Below are positions 11,848 through 21,813 of a stretch of 50,883 nt of DNA, one piece after another (position 1 is the first letter of the stretch; every line of letters begins with the position of its first letter). The notes beneath the pieces are model-generated. The model was not told the origin of the DNA and made no database searches. It saw only the letters and a program-made list of their open reading frames with translations. This DNA is from Candidatus Troglogloeales bacterium (lineage in GTDB: Bacteria > Nitrospirota > Nitrospiria > SBBL01 > SBBA01): contig SBBA01000218.1 of assembly GCA_005239925.1 (NCBI GenBank), forward strand, positions 1 through 50,883, given 5' to 3'. The translations under genes were made by a program, and so were the position numbers.

Positions 11848-12831
11848 ATGGTATCTCAATCTGCATCTCATCGTCTCAAACTCATTTTCATGGGAACGCC
11901 GGAGTTTGCTGTTCCTTCTTTTAAGGCCGTATTTCAATCGGAAGAGGTCATCGCCGTGGTCACACAGCCCGATCGGCCAAAAGGTCGCGGAATGACCCTG
12001 CAACCCTCTCCTATTAAGGAAGAGGCCCTCAGACAGTCCCTTCCGGTTTACCAGTCCGAACGAATACGACAGGATGCCGCCCTAATCAAGACCCTTTCCG
12101 ATCTGGCCCCGGACATGATTGTTGTTGTCGCGTTTGGACAAATTTTGCCGGAGACAGTTCTTAACATTCCTCGATTGGGTTGTGTCAATGTTCATGCCTC
12201 GCTTCTTCCTCATTATCGCGGCGCGGCGCCGATTCAATGGGCATTAATTGACGGAAAAGAAAAAACAGGTGTGACCACCATGATGATGGACAAGGGGATG
12301 GATACCGGCCCTATGCTTTTGCAGCGATCATTGGAGATTCAACCGGAAGAGACCGACATCATGCTTTCGCTTCGTCTGGCGGATTGTGGGGCCGAACTAC
12401 TGGTTGAGACCATGGAACAAATAAAAAAGGGAATATTGACCCCTATTCCACAGAAAGAAAATGAGGCGACATCCATCCGACTCTTAAAAAAAGAGGATGG
12501 TTTAATTCGTTGGGAGGACTCATCTGAGGCGATCTTTAATCGATGGAGAGGGGTTTTCTCCTGGCCGGGGACGACCGCGTATTATGGCGAGGAGCCTTGG
12601 AAAATTCTCGCTATGGAAATAGGGGAGCGGGAAGGAACATGGGGTAGGGCAGGGGAGGTGTTAAACATATCCAAGCGAGGGGTTGAAGTTGCCACGGGAA
12701 TAGGTTATATAGTAATTAGCCAATTAAAGCTGGCCGGGGGGCGGGCTATTTCGCCAAAAGAATACGCGGCGGGGCATCCCCTTGAAAAAGGATCGTTTTT
12801 TATCACAAAGGAGGACTTAGGAAACCCATGA
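11848..12831 (+). CDS. fmt: methionyl-tRNA formyltransferase
   Basis: [41 protein letters not shown] motifs. Confidence 0.9.
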   Translation: MVSQSASHRLKLIFMGTPEFAVPSFKAVFQSEEVIAVVTQPDRPKGRGMTLQPSPIKEEALRQSLPVYQSERIRQDAALIKTLSDLAPDMIVVVAFGQILPETVLNIPRLGCVNVHASLLPHYRGAAPIQWALIDGKEKTGVTTMMMDKGMDTGPMLLQRSLEIQPEETDIMLSLRLADCGAELLVETMEQIKKGILTPIPQKENEATSIRLLKKEDGLIRWEDSSEAIFNRWRGVFSWPGTTAYYGEEPWKILAMEIGEREGTWGRAGEVLNISKRGVEVATGIGYIVISQLKLAGGRAISPKEYAAGHPLEKGSFFITKEDLGNP

Positions 12832-13709
12832 ACACATTAAAAACAACATTTTTACTGACATTATTAACACTCCTGCTGGTTTTTGCAGGTCAGGCCTTGG
12901 GAGGCGCCGGTGGAGCAAAGATGGCTTTTATGATGGCCCTCGTGATGAACGGGATCAGCTACTTCTTTTCCGATAAAATCGTTCTGAAAATGTATGGTGC
13001 GAGGGAGGTCACCCAGATGGAGTCCCCGATCCTTTATGGCATTGTTGCCGACTTGGTTATGCGGGCGAAGATGCCGATGCCAAAGGTTTATATCATTGAC
13101 AACCCCGCTCCCAATGCCTTTGCTACAGGGCGAAATCCAGACCATGCGGCGGTTGCGGCAACAACGGGTATTTTACAGTTACTCAGCCGTGAGGAACTCA
13201 CAGGGGTCATGGCACATGAGTTGGCGCATGTGAAACACCGGGATATTTTAGTCGGTTCCATTGCAGCCGTTGTCGCAGGCGCTATTTCCATGTTGGCCAA
13301 TATGGCCCAGTGGGGGATGATGTTTGGAGGAGGCCGTTCCAATGATGATCGGGAAGAGGGCCACGGTAGTATGGTCGGCTCAATTGCCATGATGATTCTT
13401 GCCCCCATTGCCGCAATGCTCATTCAAATGGCCATATCCAGATCAAGAGAATATTTGGCAGATGAGGGCGGGGCTTGGCTTTGCGGAAATCCAATGTGGC
13501 TGGCAAATGCCCTGCGCAAGCTGCATGTCGGTGCGCAAACGGTTCCAATGGATGCGAGTCCCGCAACGGCACACATGTTTATCGTCAGCCCGCTGACCGG
13601 TGGTGGAATGCTTTCCCTTTTCTCGACGCACCCTCCCATGGAAGAACGGGTTGCTCGTCTTGAGGCAATGGTTTATCGTGATGGGCAAATTATTTCACCC
13701 TCTCGATGA
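12828..13709 (+). CDS. htpX: M48 family zinc metalloprotease HtpX
   Basis: [10 protein letters not shown] zinc motif, 4 TM segments; ATGA overlap with fmt. Confidence 0.9.
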   Translation: MNTLKTTFLLTLLTLLLVFAGQALGGAGGAKMAFMMALVMNGISYFFSDKIVLKMYGAREVTQMESPILYGIVADLVMRAKMPMPKVYIIDNPAPNAFATGRNPDHAAVAATTGILQLLSREELTGVMAHELAHVKHRDILVGSIAAVVAGAISMLANMAQWGMMFGGGRSNDDREEGHGSMVGSIAMMILAPIAAMLIQMAISRSREYLADEGGAWLCGNPMWLANALRKLHVGAQTVPMDASPATAHMFIVSPLTGGGMLSLFSTHPPMEERVARLEAMVYRDGQIISPSR

Positions 13710-14392
13710 AAATAAAAATTGCCCCCTCTATTTTATCCGCTGATTTCTCACGCTTGGGTGAAGAGATTCAGGCCGTTGAGGCCGCAGGGGCGGATTTAAT
13801 CCATATTGATGTGATGGACGGCCAGTTTGTTCCCAACCTGACCGTTGGCTCCATTGTCGTCAAAGCCGCCCGCAAGGTAACGCGCCTTCCGTTGGACGTC
13901 CATCTCATGACACTGACACCGGACGCCCTTATCCCGGACTATGTCAAAGCAGGGGCCGATATTATTACCGTGCATTGGGAGGCCTGTCCGCATCTTCATC
14001 GAACCCTTCAGGGCATCAAACGTTTGGGAGTAAAGGCTGGTGTATCCATCAATCCCGCCACGCCGGTTTCGTCCATAACAGACATTGTAGATGAGATTGA
14101 TCTTCTCCTGGTGATGTCGGTCAACCCCGGATTCGGAGGGCAGGAGTTTATCCCTAAGACGATTAATAAAATAAAAATGGCCCGAAAGATGCTCTCACAG
14201 GGCAAATCGCAGTCGGCGTCCCAACCGCTCTTGGAGGTTGATGGCGGGATTAATACTAAAAATGCCAGGCAGATTGCCGCGGCCGGCGCCGATATCTTTG
14301 TCGCCGGTTCGGCCATCTTTAATACGGGTGATTACAAGAAGGCGATTCGAGACTTACGCAATGAGAAGCCTGTTGTCAGAGTAAAGGGTTAA
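13706..14392 (+). CDS. rpe: ribulose-phosphate 3-epimerase
   Basis: [33 protein letters not shown] motifs; ATGA overlap with htpX. Confidence 0.95.
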   Translation: MKIKIAPSILSADFSRLGEEIQAVEAAGADLIHIDVMDGQFVPNLTVGSIVVKAARKVTRLPLDVHLMTLTPDALIPDYVKAGADIITVHWEACPHLHRTLQGIKRLGVKAGVSINPATPVSSITDIVDEIDLLLVMSVNPGFGGQEFIPKTINKIKMARKMLSQGKSQSASQPLLEVDGGINTKNARQIAAAGADIFVAGSAIFNTGDYKKAIRDLRNEKPVVRVKG

Positions 14393-14397
14393 GTGAA

Positions 14398-14533
14398 TTA
14401 GACTCTTTATTGGTGACATCTACGCTTTTACGTAGATAATTTTCTGTATAACGACATTAGTAGACTCAGACCGACCGCAGTCGGCGTCCCGACCACGGAA
14501 GGGCTCTGTTCGCTTCCGCCCGTTGACGGATTA
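14398..14533 (-). repeat. family A repeat, copy A4 (long form, inverted)
   Basis: The reverse complement reads TAA|TCCGTCAACGGGCGGAAGCGAACAGAGCCCTTCCGTGGTCGGGACGCCGACTGCGGTCGG...ATCTACGTAAAAGCGTAGATGTCACCAATAAAGAGTC|TAA. Confidence 0.85.
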
Positions 14534-14536
14534 GCA

Positions 14537-14565
14537 TTGTAGAAACTTGAATGCTTTGATAGAAT
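14537..14565 (+). promoter_or_regulatory. candidate promoter for the retropepsin-like gene
   Basis: TTGTAG, 17-nt spacer, TAGAAT; 40 nt upstream of ATG 14605, which has a GGAGGG Shine-Dalgarno. Confidence 0.3.
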
Positions 14566-14604
14566 CTAAATGAGCAAGACAAAGTTTATCTCCTTGGAGG
14601 GAAA

Positions 14605-14982
14605 ATGGGCGCGACTCACATAACGGTTACAATTCGTAATCCAGCGATGCCGAGAAGAAGTTGGGAGGGGCTCTTCCTGGTGGATACCGGCGCCATTGAT
14701 TCACTTGTTCCACGGACACATCTAAAAGATATTGGCCTCAAACCCAAGGGCCAAAGAATATATGAGCTTGCCGATGGAAGTGAAGTGAGAATGGACATTA
14801 CCACGGCTGATATCGAATTTATGGGAGAGGTGGTGGGAGGAACAATCATTTTTGGAGATAAGGACACTGAGCCTATCCTTGGTGTGACTGCGCTCGAATC
14901 TGTAGGAATTGAAGTTGACCCAAGGAATCAACGTCTCAAACGTATGCCTACTACCCGCCTTAAACTTCTTAAAAAGGCCTGA
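14605..14982 (+). CDS. retropepsin-like (clan AA) aspartyl protease, single-domain
   Basis: 125 aa with the LVDTGA catalytic motif near the N-terminus and an ILGVTALE flap-like region. Confidence 0.7.
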   Translation: MGATHITVTIRNPAMPRRSWEGLFLVDTGAIDSLVPRTHLKDIGLKPKGQRIYELADGSEVRMDITTADIEFMGEVVGGTIIFGDKDTEPILGVTALESVGIEVDPRNQRLKRMPTTRLKLLKKA

Positions 14983-14988
14983 CGGAAC

Positions 14989-15014
14989 CATTCATCCTGG
15001 ATATAGGATGAATG
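14989..15014. terminator. perfect 10-bp hairpin between convergent genes
   Basis: CATTCATCCT-ggatat-AGGATGAATG lies between the protease gene (+) and argJ (-). There is no strong U tract, so function as an intrinsic terminator is uncertain. Confidence 0.45.
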
Positions 15015-15063
15015 TCTGTTCACTGCAATCAGCCAGATGTGACAAGTTGCTTTGCTTGGCGGA

Positions 15064-16272
15064 TTAGCTTCGGTAAGCCGCGTTGATTCTAATATAATCC
15101 TCGCTTAAGTCGGAGGTCCAGAAGGTTGCGGTACCAGCCCCTTCGTGAAGATCAACAGAAAGCATCAGCTCTTTATTCTTAAGATAGGCGTTGACTTCGG
15201 CCTCTACTTCCTTCCCCTGGTGCATCCCTTTTAAGAGGAGCGGTATCTTTCCAAAGGTGATATCCAGCTTGGCAAGATTGATCGCCACTCCAGCGTTGCC
15301 CATTGCAGCGACAATGCGCCCCCAGTTGGTATCCTGTCCAAAGAAGGCCGTCTTAACAAGGTTAGAACGTGCAATCGAAGAAGCAATCTGGCGCGCCGCG
15401 CGGTCATGGGTTGCCCCTATAACCTGAACAGTAATAAATTTGGTGGCCCCTTCGCCGTCTTGCACAATCATTTGAGCAAGCCGGCTGCAAGCCGCCTCCA
15501 AAAGGGCCAGAAATTGTTGATAGGGCTTTCCCTTCTGATTAATAAGGCTTCCCTTTTGCCCGCTTGCAAAAAGGAGAACCAGGTCGTTGGTACTGGTATC
15601 ACCATCAACAGTAATCGCATTAAACGTGCGATGGGTTACCTCACGCAACCCTTCTTGTAAAAGGGCCGGGTCGACTGAGGCATCGGTTGCCAGAAAGGCC
15701 AGCATGGTGGCCATGTTGGGATGAACCATTCCCGATCCTTTGGTGATACCGCCGATTTTAATTCGGCTCTGCCCCACCGGCCCCTCAACGGCAAACTCTT
15801 TCACCATCTTATCCGTGGTCATGATTGCCTCTGCGGCGGCGCGACCATTCTCCTTGGAGAGAGCGGCCGTAAGGCCAGGTAGGGCCTGCTGAATTTTCTC
15901 AACGGGCAACGGCTCTCCAATGACACCGGTTGATGCGACATAGACCAGATGCTCAGGTATCCCCAAGGATTGGGCCGTTACACGAGCCATCCACTTGGTA
16001 TCCTCCATACCCCGTGGGCCTGTTGCTGCGTTGGCATTGCCGCTATTGGCGATAATGGCCTGTCCCTGTCGTTTCCGCAGCCGGGCCTTGTTAAACTGGA
16101 TGGATGACGCGGGGCACCTGTTTTTTGTAAAGACCCCTGCAACCGTACAGGGCGTGGCCGAGTAAATCAAGGCTAAATCCCGTTGCTTATTTTTCTTGAT
16201 TCCAGCCGCTACCCCAGAAGCGGTGATTCCTTTGATGGCCGTAATGCCACCTGGTATTTCATGAATCGACAT
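15064..16272 (-). CDS. argJ: bifunctional ornithine acetyltransferase / N-acetylglutamate synthase
   Basis: 402 aa; PNMATMLAFLATDA self-cleavage site; C-terminal YIRINAAYRS. Confidence 0.95.
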   Translation of the reverse strand: MSIHEIPGGITAIKGITASGVAAGIKKNKQRDLALIYSATPCTVAGVFTKNRCPASSIQFNKARLRKRQGQAIIANSGNANAATGPRGMEDTKWMARVTAQSLGIPEHLVYVASTGVIGEPLPVEKIQQALPGLTAALSKENGRAAAEAIMTTDKMVKEFAVEGPVGQSRIKIGGITKGSGMVHPNMATMLAFLATDASVDPALLQEGLREVTHRTFNAITVDGDTSTNDLVLLFASGQKGSLINQKGKPYQQFLALLEAACSRLAQMIVQDGEGATKFITVQVIGATHDRAARQIASSIARSNLVKTAFFGQDTNWGRIVAAMGNAGVAINLAKLDITFGKIPLLLKGMHQGKEVEAEVNAYLKNKELMLSVDLHEGAGTATFWTSDLSEDYIRINAAYRS

Positions 16273-16312
16273 TTTAAATAACCCCCTGTCCCCTTTTTTA
16301 AGGGGAAATAAA

Positions 16313-17362
16313 TTACGGAAAAAAACCTGGGCTTCTTAACCCCTCTTGTTCATCCCATCCCATTAGAATATTCATGTTCTGAATCGCTTGCCCCGACGCC
16401 CCTTTTACAAGATTATCAATAGCAGACATCAGAATGGCCGTATTGCCTTTGATCGTCGCAAAAACCGCGATATCACAATAATTAGATCCCTTTATATGGG
16501 CGAGATTGGGCGGGGCATTGACTCGTCGTATAAACGGCTCTCCTTTGTATTGCTCTTCCAATATCGTCTCCAATTGAGCTTGCGATAACGCTCGCTTTAG
16601 CGGAAGATAAATGGTCGTTAATATACCACGGTTGACGGGAAGGAGATAAGGCGTAAAAATCACTGTGCCCCCAAAGAGGCTAACCTCCTGTTCGATCTCG
16701 GGGATATGCCGGTGTATACCGATGTTATAGGCCACCAGCCCCTCGTTGACCTCTGAGAAATGGGTCTTATCTGTTGCCGCCCGTCCTGCCCCGGAAACAC
16801 CGGACTTGGCATCAATGATAATCTCGCGTGTGGTATTGACCTCCCTTGATTTTAAAAACGGGTAGAGGGGAAGAAGGGCGCTGGTCGGATAACAGCCTGG
16901 GTTGGCAATCAAACAGGGGCCTGTCCCTGCGGTTGCAATCTTGTGGCGATAGATTTCAGGAAGCCCATACACGGCCTTTTTAAGGAGGTCTGGCTCCGTG
17001 TGTGCGGTCCCGTACCATTTTTCGTAAACCCCATCTCCCTGTAGACGATAGTCCGCCGAAAGATCAATTACCTTTTTTCCCGCATCAATCCACTGTCGTG
17101 TTGAAGCAATGGCCTTGGTATGCGAGAGGGCGGAAAAAATAAGATCGGCCTTTTTGGCTAATTGATCCGGATCGAATTTTTCCAGAGTCAGGTCACACAA
17201 TCCTTTGAGAAAGGGGAGCCGAGATACAAGTGATTCTCCTGCCGACTGCTCGGAGGTAACGCTTGTGATTTCCACTTTTGGATGTCGTATTAAAAGCCGG
17301 ATGAGTTCGGCGCCTGTATATCCCGTTCCCCCGGCAATGGCTACTTTTAACATTCTCTTCAT
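16313..17362 (-). CDS. argC: N-acetyl-gamma-glutamyl-phosphate reductase
   Basis: GGTGYTGAELIRLL NAD motif, ANPGCYPTS catalytic Cys. Confidence 0.95.
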   Translation of the reverse strand: MKRMLKVAIAGGTGYTGAELIRLLIRHPKVEITSVTSEQSAGESLVSRLPFLKGLCDLTLEKFDPDQLAKKADLIFSALSHTKAIASTRQWIDAGKKVIDLSADYRLQGDGVYEKWYGTAHTEPDLLKKAVYGLPEIYRHKIATAGTGPCLIANPGCYPTSALLPLYPFLKSREVNTTREIIIDAKSGVSGAGRAATDKTHFSEVNEGLVAYNIGIHRHIPEIEQEVSLFGGTVIFTPYLLPVNRGILTTIYLPLKRALSQAQLETILEEQYKGEPFIRRVNAPPNLAHIKGSNYCDIAVFATIKGNTAILMSAIDNLVKGASGQAIQNMNILMGWDEQEGLRSPGFFP

Positions 17363-17368
17363 TTTAAT

Positions 17369-17405
17369 AAAAAAAGGGGAAAGCCCTGCATCTACAGCCT
17401 CCCCC
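17369..17405 (-). terminator. intrinsic terminator-like hairpin plus U7 after rpsI
   Basis: The minus strand reads GGGGGAGGCTG-tagatg-CAGGGCTTTCCCC followed by TTTTTTTATT. It ends only 6 nt before the argC ATG. Confidence 0.55.
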
Positions 17406-17437
17406 TTTTTCCACTTCCATAATCTAACAGCAGATGA

Positions 17438-17818
17438 TTAACGCTTGGAGTATTGGAACCGCTTTCTGGCCCCTTTCTGACCGTATTTCTTTCTTTCCTT
17501 TTCACGCGGATCGCGGGTTAGTAACCCAGCGCTTTTTAAGGGAGCCCTCAACGGCGCAGACACTTCAAGCAGGGCCTTTGAGATGCCATGCCGTACCGCC
17601 GACGCCTGTCCCATGATCCCGCCGCCTCTCACATTAACACGAACATCGTACTGTCCTACCGTTTGGGTGACCTCAAAGGGTTGAGCCAGCAGATATTGAG
17701 AGGCCGACCTGGGAAAATACTGGGTAAATGGTAGGCCGTTAACCGTGATAGTGCCGGAGCCCGGCTGAAGGATAATACGGGCAATAGATCTTTTTCTTTT
17801 ACCTGTCGCAAAGTACAT
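17438..17818 (-). CDS. rpsI: 30S ribosomal protein S9
   Basis: ATGKRKRSIARI start region and C-terminal RKKYGQKGARKRFQYSKR. Confidence 0.95.
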   Translation of the reverse strand: MYFATGKRKRSIARIILQPGSGTITVNGLPFTQYFPRSASQYLLAQPFEVTQTVGQYDVRVNVRGGGIMGQASAVRHGISKALLEVSAPLRAPLKSAGLLTRDPREKERKKYGQKGARKRFQYSKR

Positions 17819-17829
17819 TTATGTTTTCC

Positions 17830-18285
17830 TTATTGTTTATTAGGACGGGCTGACTCCAGCCCCTCTAGCACAATGGGGTTTTGACCCTGATGTGGATGTT
17901 TTGGCCCGTTATAGACCCGAAGTTTTTTGGCCATGGCCCTTCCGAGCTTGGTTTTGGGGAGCATGCCGGTAATGGCATAGGTGACTAGTCGCGATGGCTT
18001 TTCCTTAATTAACTTTCCAGCCGTGGTCTCTTTTAATCCGCCGATATAGCCCGAGTGGGTGCGGTACACCTTCTGGGTTAGCTTATCACCTGTTAAGACG
18101 ACATCTGCAGCATTGACCACAACGACATGGTCTCCCATGTCATGGTTTGGCGTAAAGATGGGTTTATGTTTACCACGAAGAATAGCCGCGACCTTGGTTG
18201 CCATGCGTCCCAGCACCAGCCCCTTGGCATCCACAAGAAACCAATCCTTCTTAAAATCCAATGCATTATATGTAACTGTTCTCAT
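17830..18285 (-). CDS. rplM: 50S ribosomal protein L13
   Basis: [45 protein letters not shown]. Confidence 0.95.
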   Translation of the reverse strand: MRTVTYNALDFKKDWFLVDAKGLVLGRMATKVAAILRGKHKPIFTPNHDMGDHVVVVNAADVVLTGDKLTQKVYRTHSGYIGGLKETTAGKLIKEKPSRLVTYAITGMLPKTKLGRAMAKKLRVYNGPKHPHQGQNPIVLEGLESARPNKQ

Positions 18286-18370
18286 TACTTCATCACCCCT
18301 TTAGCAAATTACCACACGCAAAACAGTGTGGAAATATACAATTAAATTTATGAATAAACAACCGCTCATT

Positions 18371-18397
18371 ATTGTATAGATGAATCTTGCTTGTCAA
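18371..18397 (-). promoter_or_regulatory. candidate promoter for rplM-rpsI
   Basis: The minus strand has TTGACA (18397-18392), a short 15-nt spacer, and TACAAT (18376-18371). Confidence 0.3.
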
Positions 18398-18399
18398 TA

Positions 18400-18900
18400 T
18401 TAGGGCTGCTTTTCATACGGTTTCTCTCTAGTCAATTGCCGGTACAGTGTTCGAAATTGAGCGTCCGATAGGGTAGGGTCTTTGAGACGCTCCAAATCCT
18501 CAGGCCGAATGGCAACCGGAACCAACTCGTCAAAGGCCGAGGTGCCAATCGAAATTTGATGAGGGAAAAACCGAAACTGCGGGAGAAGATGGGTGACACC
18601 ATGATTGTATTGGATTGCTAAATCAATCACCATGCGGGCAATCTCTGCAGGAATCTTACTCCCAATGGCAATATTCGGCGGCGGAGTGCCGACACGAAAA
18701 AATTGAGCGTTAATACGATCAATGCCATAATCCACAAATTTTTTCTTGATAACTGGGAGGTCTTCTTTTCGTTCTTTTGCCAGGAATATCTCCACAAAAA
18801 TTTTCTTGTTTTGATCAGGACTCCCCTCTGCAAAAACAGTTCTGGAAAAGACGATAAAGAGTGTTAGTGTGATTGCAGCAACGATTATTTTTCTTGTCAT
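18400..18900 (-). CDS. hypothetical secreted protein
   Basis: 166 aa; clear signal peptide MTRKIIVAAITLTLFIVFSRTVFA; I recognise no family. Confidence 0.5.
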   Translation of the reverse strand: MTRKIIVAAITLTLFIVFSRTVFAEGSPDQNKKIFVEIFLAKERKEDLPVIKKKFVDYGIDRINAQFFRVGTPPPNIAIGSKIPAEIARMVIDLAIQYNHGVTHLLPQFRFFPHQISIGTSAFDELVPVAIRPEDLERLKDPTLSDAQFRTLYRQLTREKPYEKQP

Positions 18901-18941
18901 ATTTTTTCCATTATTAACTGTCTCATAATAGCAATAATATA

Positions 18942-19021
18942 CGTCATTCCCGAATGGTTCTATCGGGAATCCAGCCTCCTTGAAAGCCCTGGATTCCCGC
19001 TTAAAGATTGTGGGAATGACG
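18942..19021. repeat. family C nested palindromic repeat, copy C1 (complete)
   Basis: CGTCATTCCCGaatggttctatCGGGAATCCAG-14 nt-CTGGATTCCCGcttaaagattgtGGGAATGACG. Each 33-nt arm is itself a hairpin. Confidence 0.75.
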
Positions 19022-19097
19022 ACAAGGGGGAACCCTTGATTTATGTGAATTAAATTCTAATACGAGACTGTTGATATTAAGAGCGTTTTAACTCAAC

Positions 19098-19126
19098 TTC
19101 CATTATCATGCATTTATTTATATAAT
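19098..19126 (+). promoter_or_regulatory. candidate promoter for the mscS-like gene
   Basis: TTCCAT, 17-nt spacer, TATAAT (19121-19126); 31 nt upstream of the ATG, which has an AAGGAG Shine-Dalgarno. Confidence 0.3.
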
Positions 19127-19157
19127 ACCCAGCATTCATATCATAAGGAGTATCCCT

Positions 19158-20078
19158 ATGTCATGGTCATGGGTAGAAATCCAAAAATTTATCGTAATGA
19201 CATCAAAAACTTCTCCACCCGTTCTGCAATCGGGGATACGGATTGTACTCATCTTCATCGCGGGATATGTGGGTGTCCGGATTGTCTCGTTTCTCCTGCA
19301 ACAGAAGGAGCGGTTTCTGATTGCCACACGAGAGCCGACTGAGACGGTTCCCGGAACAATAAGAAAGCGGATGAAGACCATTACGGGTATCCTCACGACC
19401 ATTGCGCGATTTGCTATTTGGACCGTCGTCTTTATTACAATGTTGGATCAAATGGGGATCAATATTGCCCCGCTTATTACCGGCGCGGGTATCATGGGTA
19501 TTGCTATTGGGTTCGGGGCACAAACGCTGGTGCATGATTTTATCAGCGGCTTTTTTATGCTGATGGAGGACCAAATCAGCATTGGCGACGAGGCGATTTT
19601 AAATGGCACCAGGGGATGGGTGGAGGCCATTACGTTTCGGACGGTGGTTCTTCGTGACATGGCTGGTGTTGTCCATGTCTTTAGAAACGGCACCATCACG
19701 ACATTGTCCAATATGACCAAGGTCTGGTCGGCCTACGTTGTTGACGTACCGGTATCTTACAAAGAGGATACCGACCGGGTTGTTGAGGTGATGAAGCAGG
19801 TTGCCGAGGAGATGCGCCGAGATCAGGACTATCAAAAGAAGATCATTGAGCCAATCGAGGTTTTTGGGGTCGATAGTTTCGATCCATCTGGTGTCACGAT
19901 CAAGGCCCGTCTTAAAACCATTCCCGCAGAGCAATCGAATATGGGGCGGGAATATCGGCGGCGTCTTAACAAGGCATTTGCTACGCATGGCATTGAGATT
20001 CCCTTTCCGCATAGCTCCATTCATTTTGGTGAGGCAACAAAACCCCTTGAGGTGATCGTCAAACAGGCAGTAAAATAG
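19158..20078 (+). CDS. mechanosensitive ion channel (MscS family)
   Basis: Three TM helices followed by GFGAQTLVHDFISGFFMLMEDQISIGD, the MscS pore/beta-domain signature. Confidence 0.85.
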   Translation: MSWSWVEIQKFIVMTSKTSPPVLQSGIRIVLIFIAGYVGVRIVSFLLQQKERFLIATREPTETVPGTIRKRMKTITGILTTIARFAIWTVVFITMLDQMGINIAPLITGAGIMGIAIGFGAQTLVHDFISGFFMLMEDQISIGDEAILNGTRGWVEAITFRTVVLRDMAGVVHVFRNGTITTLSNMTKVWSAYVVDVPVSYKEDTDRVVEVMKQVAEEMRRDQDYQKKIIEPIEVFGVDSFDPSGVTIKARLKTIPAEQSNMGREYRRRLNKAFATHGIEIPFPHSSIHFGEATKPLEVIVKQAVK

Positions 20079-20229
20079 CGGCCCAAGATATTTCAGGGAC
20101 TTGGGTTCTTGCTCTTCCTCAGCGTTAAGTTCGACGGTAATTGGTGTTGGTAATAGGTAAAGCTTATTTGACTCCAAGATATTAACGAATTATAATCGGG
20201 GTTTTATGGCGCGGTCTTTTTGACTTATT

Positions 20230-21102
20230 ATGATTCGGAGCATGACAGGTTATGGGAGGGCAGAGGGCAGGAAAAAAGGATTTGCTCTTACCGTAGAACT
20301 CCGATCGGTCAATCACCGTTATTGTGATGTCGCCTTAAGACTGCCGAAGCTGTTTACCCCCCTTGAGGAGACCCTAACCAAGCTCTTAAAGCAAAAGATT
20401 AGACGAGGGCATGTTGATCTGATTGTGAGCCTGAATATGCCCCTGGAAACCGGCCCAGAGCTCGACCTTTCCTCGGCGAATATCCACTATAACATGCTAC
20501 TAAGATTAAAGAAGGAACTCGGCTTACCCGGAGAAGTTAACCTTGATCATTTGATGAGGCTAAAGGATTTTATCGTTTACAAAGACCCCCTTCCAATGGA
20601 GAAAGTCGCCTTTCCTGTTATAATTAAGTCAGTAGAGGAGGCGATAGACGACCTTAATAAGGCGCGCACACGAGAAGGACGCGCATTACGAAAGGATATT
20701 GAGGCCCGGATTAAAGGCCTTGTAAAAGTGGTGTTAAAGATTGAGGCCCAACATGAAAAGGGGTTTCACGAACGTCATCAGCGACTCCTTAAAAAGACAC
20801 AGGAACTTACAGGCGGCCTGGCGATTGATCCGCAACGTATTGCACAAGAAGTGGCCCTGCTGTCCAGCCGCAGCGATATTAGCGAGGAGATCTCCCGCCT
20901 GAAGACCCATTTGGTGGAATTTAATCGGCTGCTTTACACCGACCAATCCGTGGGACGAGGGCTAGATTTTCTAACCCAGGAGATTGGTCGGGAGATTAAT
21001 ACACTGGGCGCAAAGGCCAACGACGAAAAAATCGCGTTGCAGGTCGTTGCCATGAAGTGCGAGATGGAGAAGGTTCGAGAGCAGGTTCAGAACATCGAGT
21101 AA
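20230..21102 (+). CDS. yicC: YicC family stress-induced protein
   Basis: MIRSMTGYGRAEG N-terminus and C-terminal EIGREINTLGAKAND...REQVQNIE (DUF1732-like). Confidence 0.9.
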   Translation: MIRSMTGYGRAEGRKKGFALTVELRSVNHRYCDVALRLPKLFTPLEETLTKLLKQKIRRGHVDLIVSLNMPLETGPELDLSSANIHYNMLLRLKKELGLPGEVNLDHLMRLKDFIVYKDPLPMEKVAFPVIIKSVEEAIDDLNKARTREGRALRKDIEARIKGLVKVVLKIEAQHEKGFHERHQRLLKKTQELTGGLAIDPQRIAQEVALLSSRSDISEEISRLKTHLVEFNRLLYTDQSVGRGLDFLTQEIGREINTLGAKANDEKIALQVVAMKCEMEKVREQVQNIE

Positions 21103-21103
21103 G

Positions 21104-21772
21104 ATGGCGACAGGGGTAAGTCCAGAGGCGGAGCGAGGTCAAAGGCACAAGAAGCAGGGACTTCTTTTTGTTGTTTCGGCACCCTCTGGCGCAGGTAAGA
21201 CCACGCTGTGCAAAGAGGTTGTCCCCCGGATTTCCAATCTTGAACATTCTGTTTCCTATACCACGCGCGTACCTCGCGCAGGTGAGGTCAATGGAAGAGA
21301 TTATTTTTTTGTAGATGTTGCAACCTTCCAGTCAATGGCGGATAAAAACGATTTTATTGAATGGGCCCAAGTGCATGGCAATCTGTATGGTACATCGAGA
21401 AAATATTTAACCCGCTGCATGGAGCAAGGGATCGATCTGATCCTGGATATCGATACCCAGGGCGCGGCCACACTAAGAAAATGCAGGGAAGGCACCTATA
21501 TTTATGTTCTTCCCCCCTCTCTTTCAACCTTGAGCCAGCGATTGGTCAACCGACAATCCGATTCGGAAGAAGAGATTGCAAGGCGTCTTCAAAAGTCGCG
21601 AGAGGAGATATTAAACTATCGTGAATATGATTATGTTATTGTGAACGAGGTATTTGAAAAGGCCGTTGCTGAGCTTACGGCCATTATTCTGACACAGCGG
21701 GTTCGTATGGAACAGATCAATCATCATTGGATCGAAGAAACATTTCTGAACCCCAACAATAATCTGTTTTAG
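21104..21772 (+). CDS. gmk: guanylate kinase
   Basis: SAPSGAGKTTL P-loop, SYTTRVPRAGEVNGRDYFFV. Confidence 0.9.
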   Translation: MATGVSPEAERGQRHKKQGLLFVVSAPSGAGKTTLCKEVVPRISNLEHSVSYTTRVPRAGEVNGRDYFFVDVATFQSMADKNDFIEWAQVHGNLYGTSRKYLTRCMEQGIDLILDIDTQGAATLRKCREGTYIYVLPPSLSTLSQRLVNRQSDSEEEIARRLQKSREEILNYREYDYVIVNEVFEKAVAELTAIILTQRVRMEQINHHWIEETFLNPNNNLF

Positions 21773-21813
21773 AATGTTAAAAGGAAAGCGCCACTAAAAA
21801 TGAAAGGAGTCCC

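Noticed and set aside
16285-16303. Hairpin TCCCCTT/AAGGGGA between argC and argJ as a terminator
   Set aside because: The stem is short with an A/T loop, no U tract follows on the coding strand, and it lies inside a 40-nt intercistronic spacer of an obvious operon.
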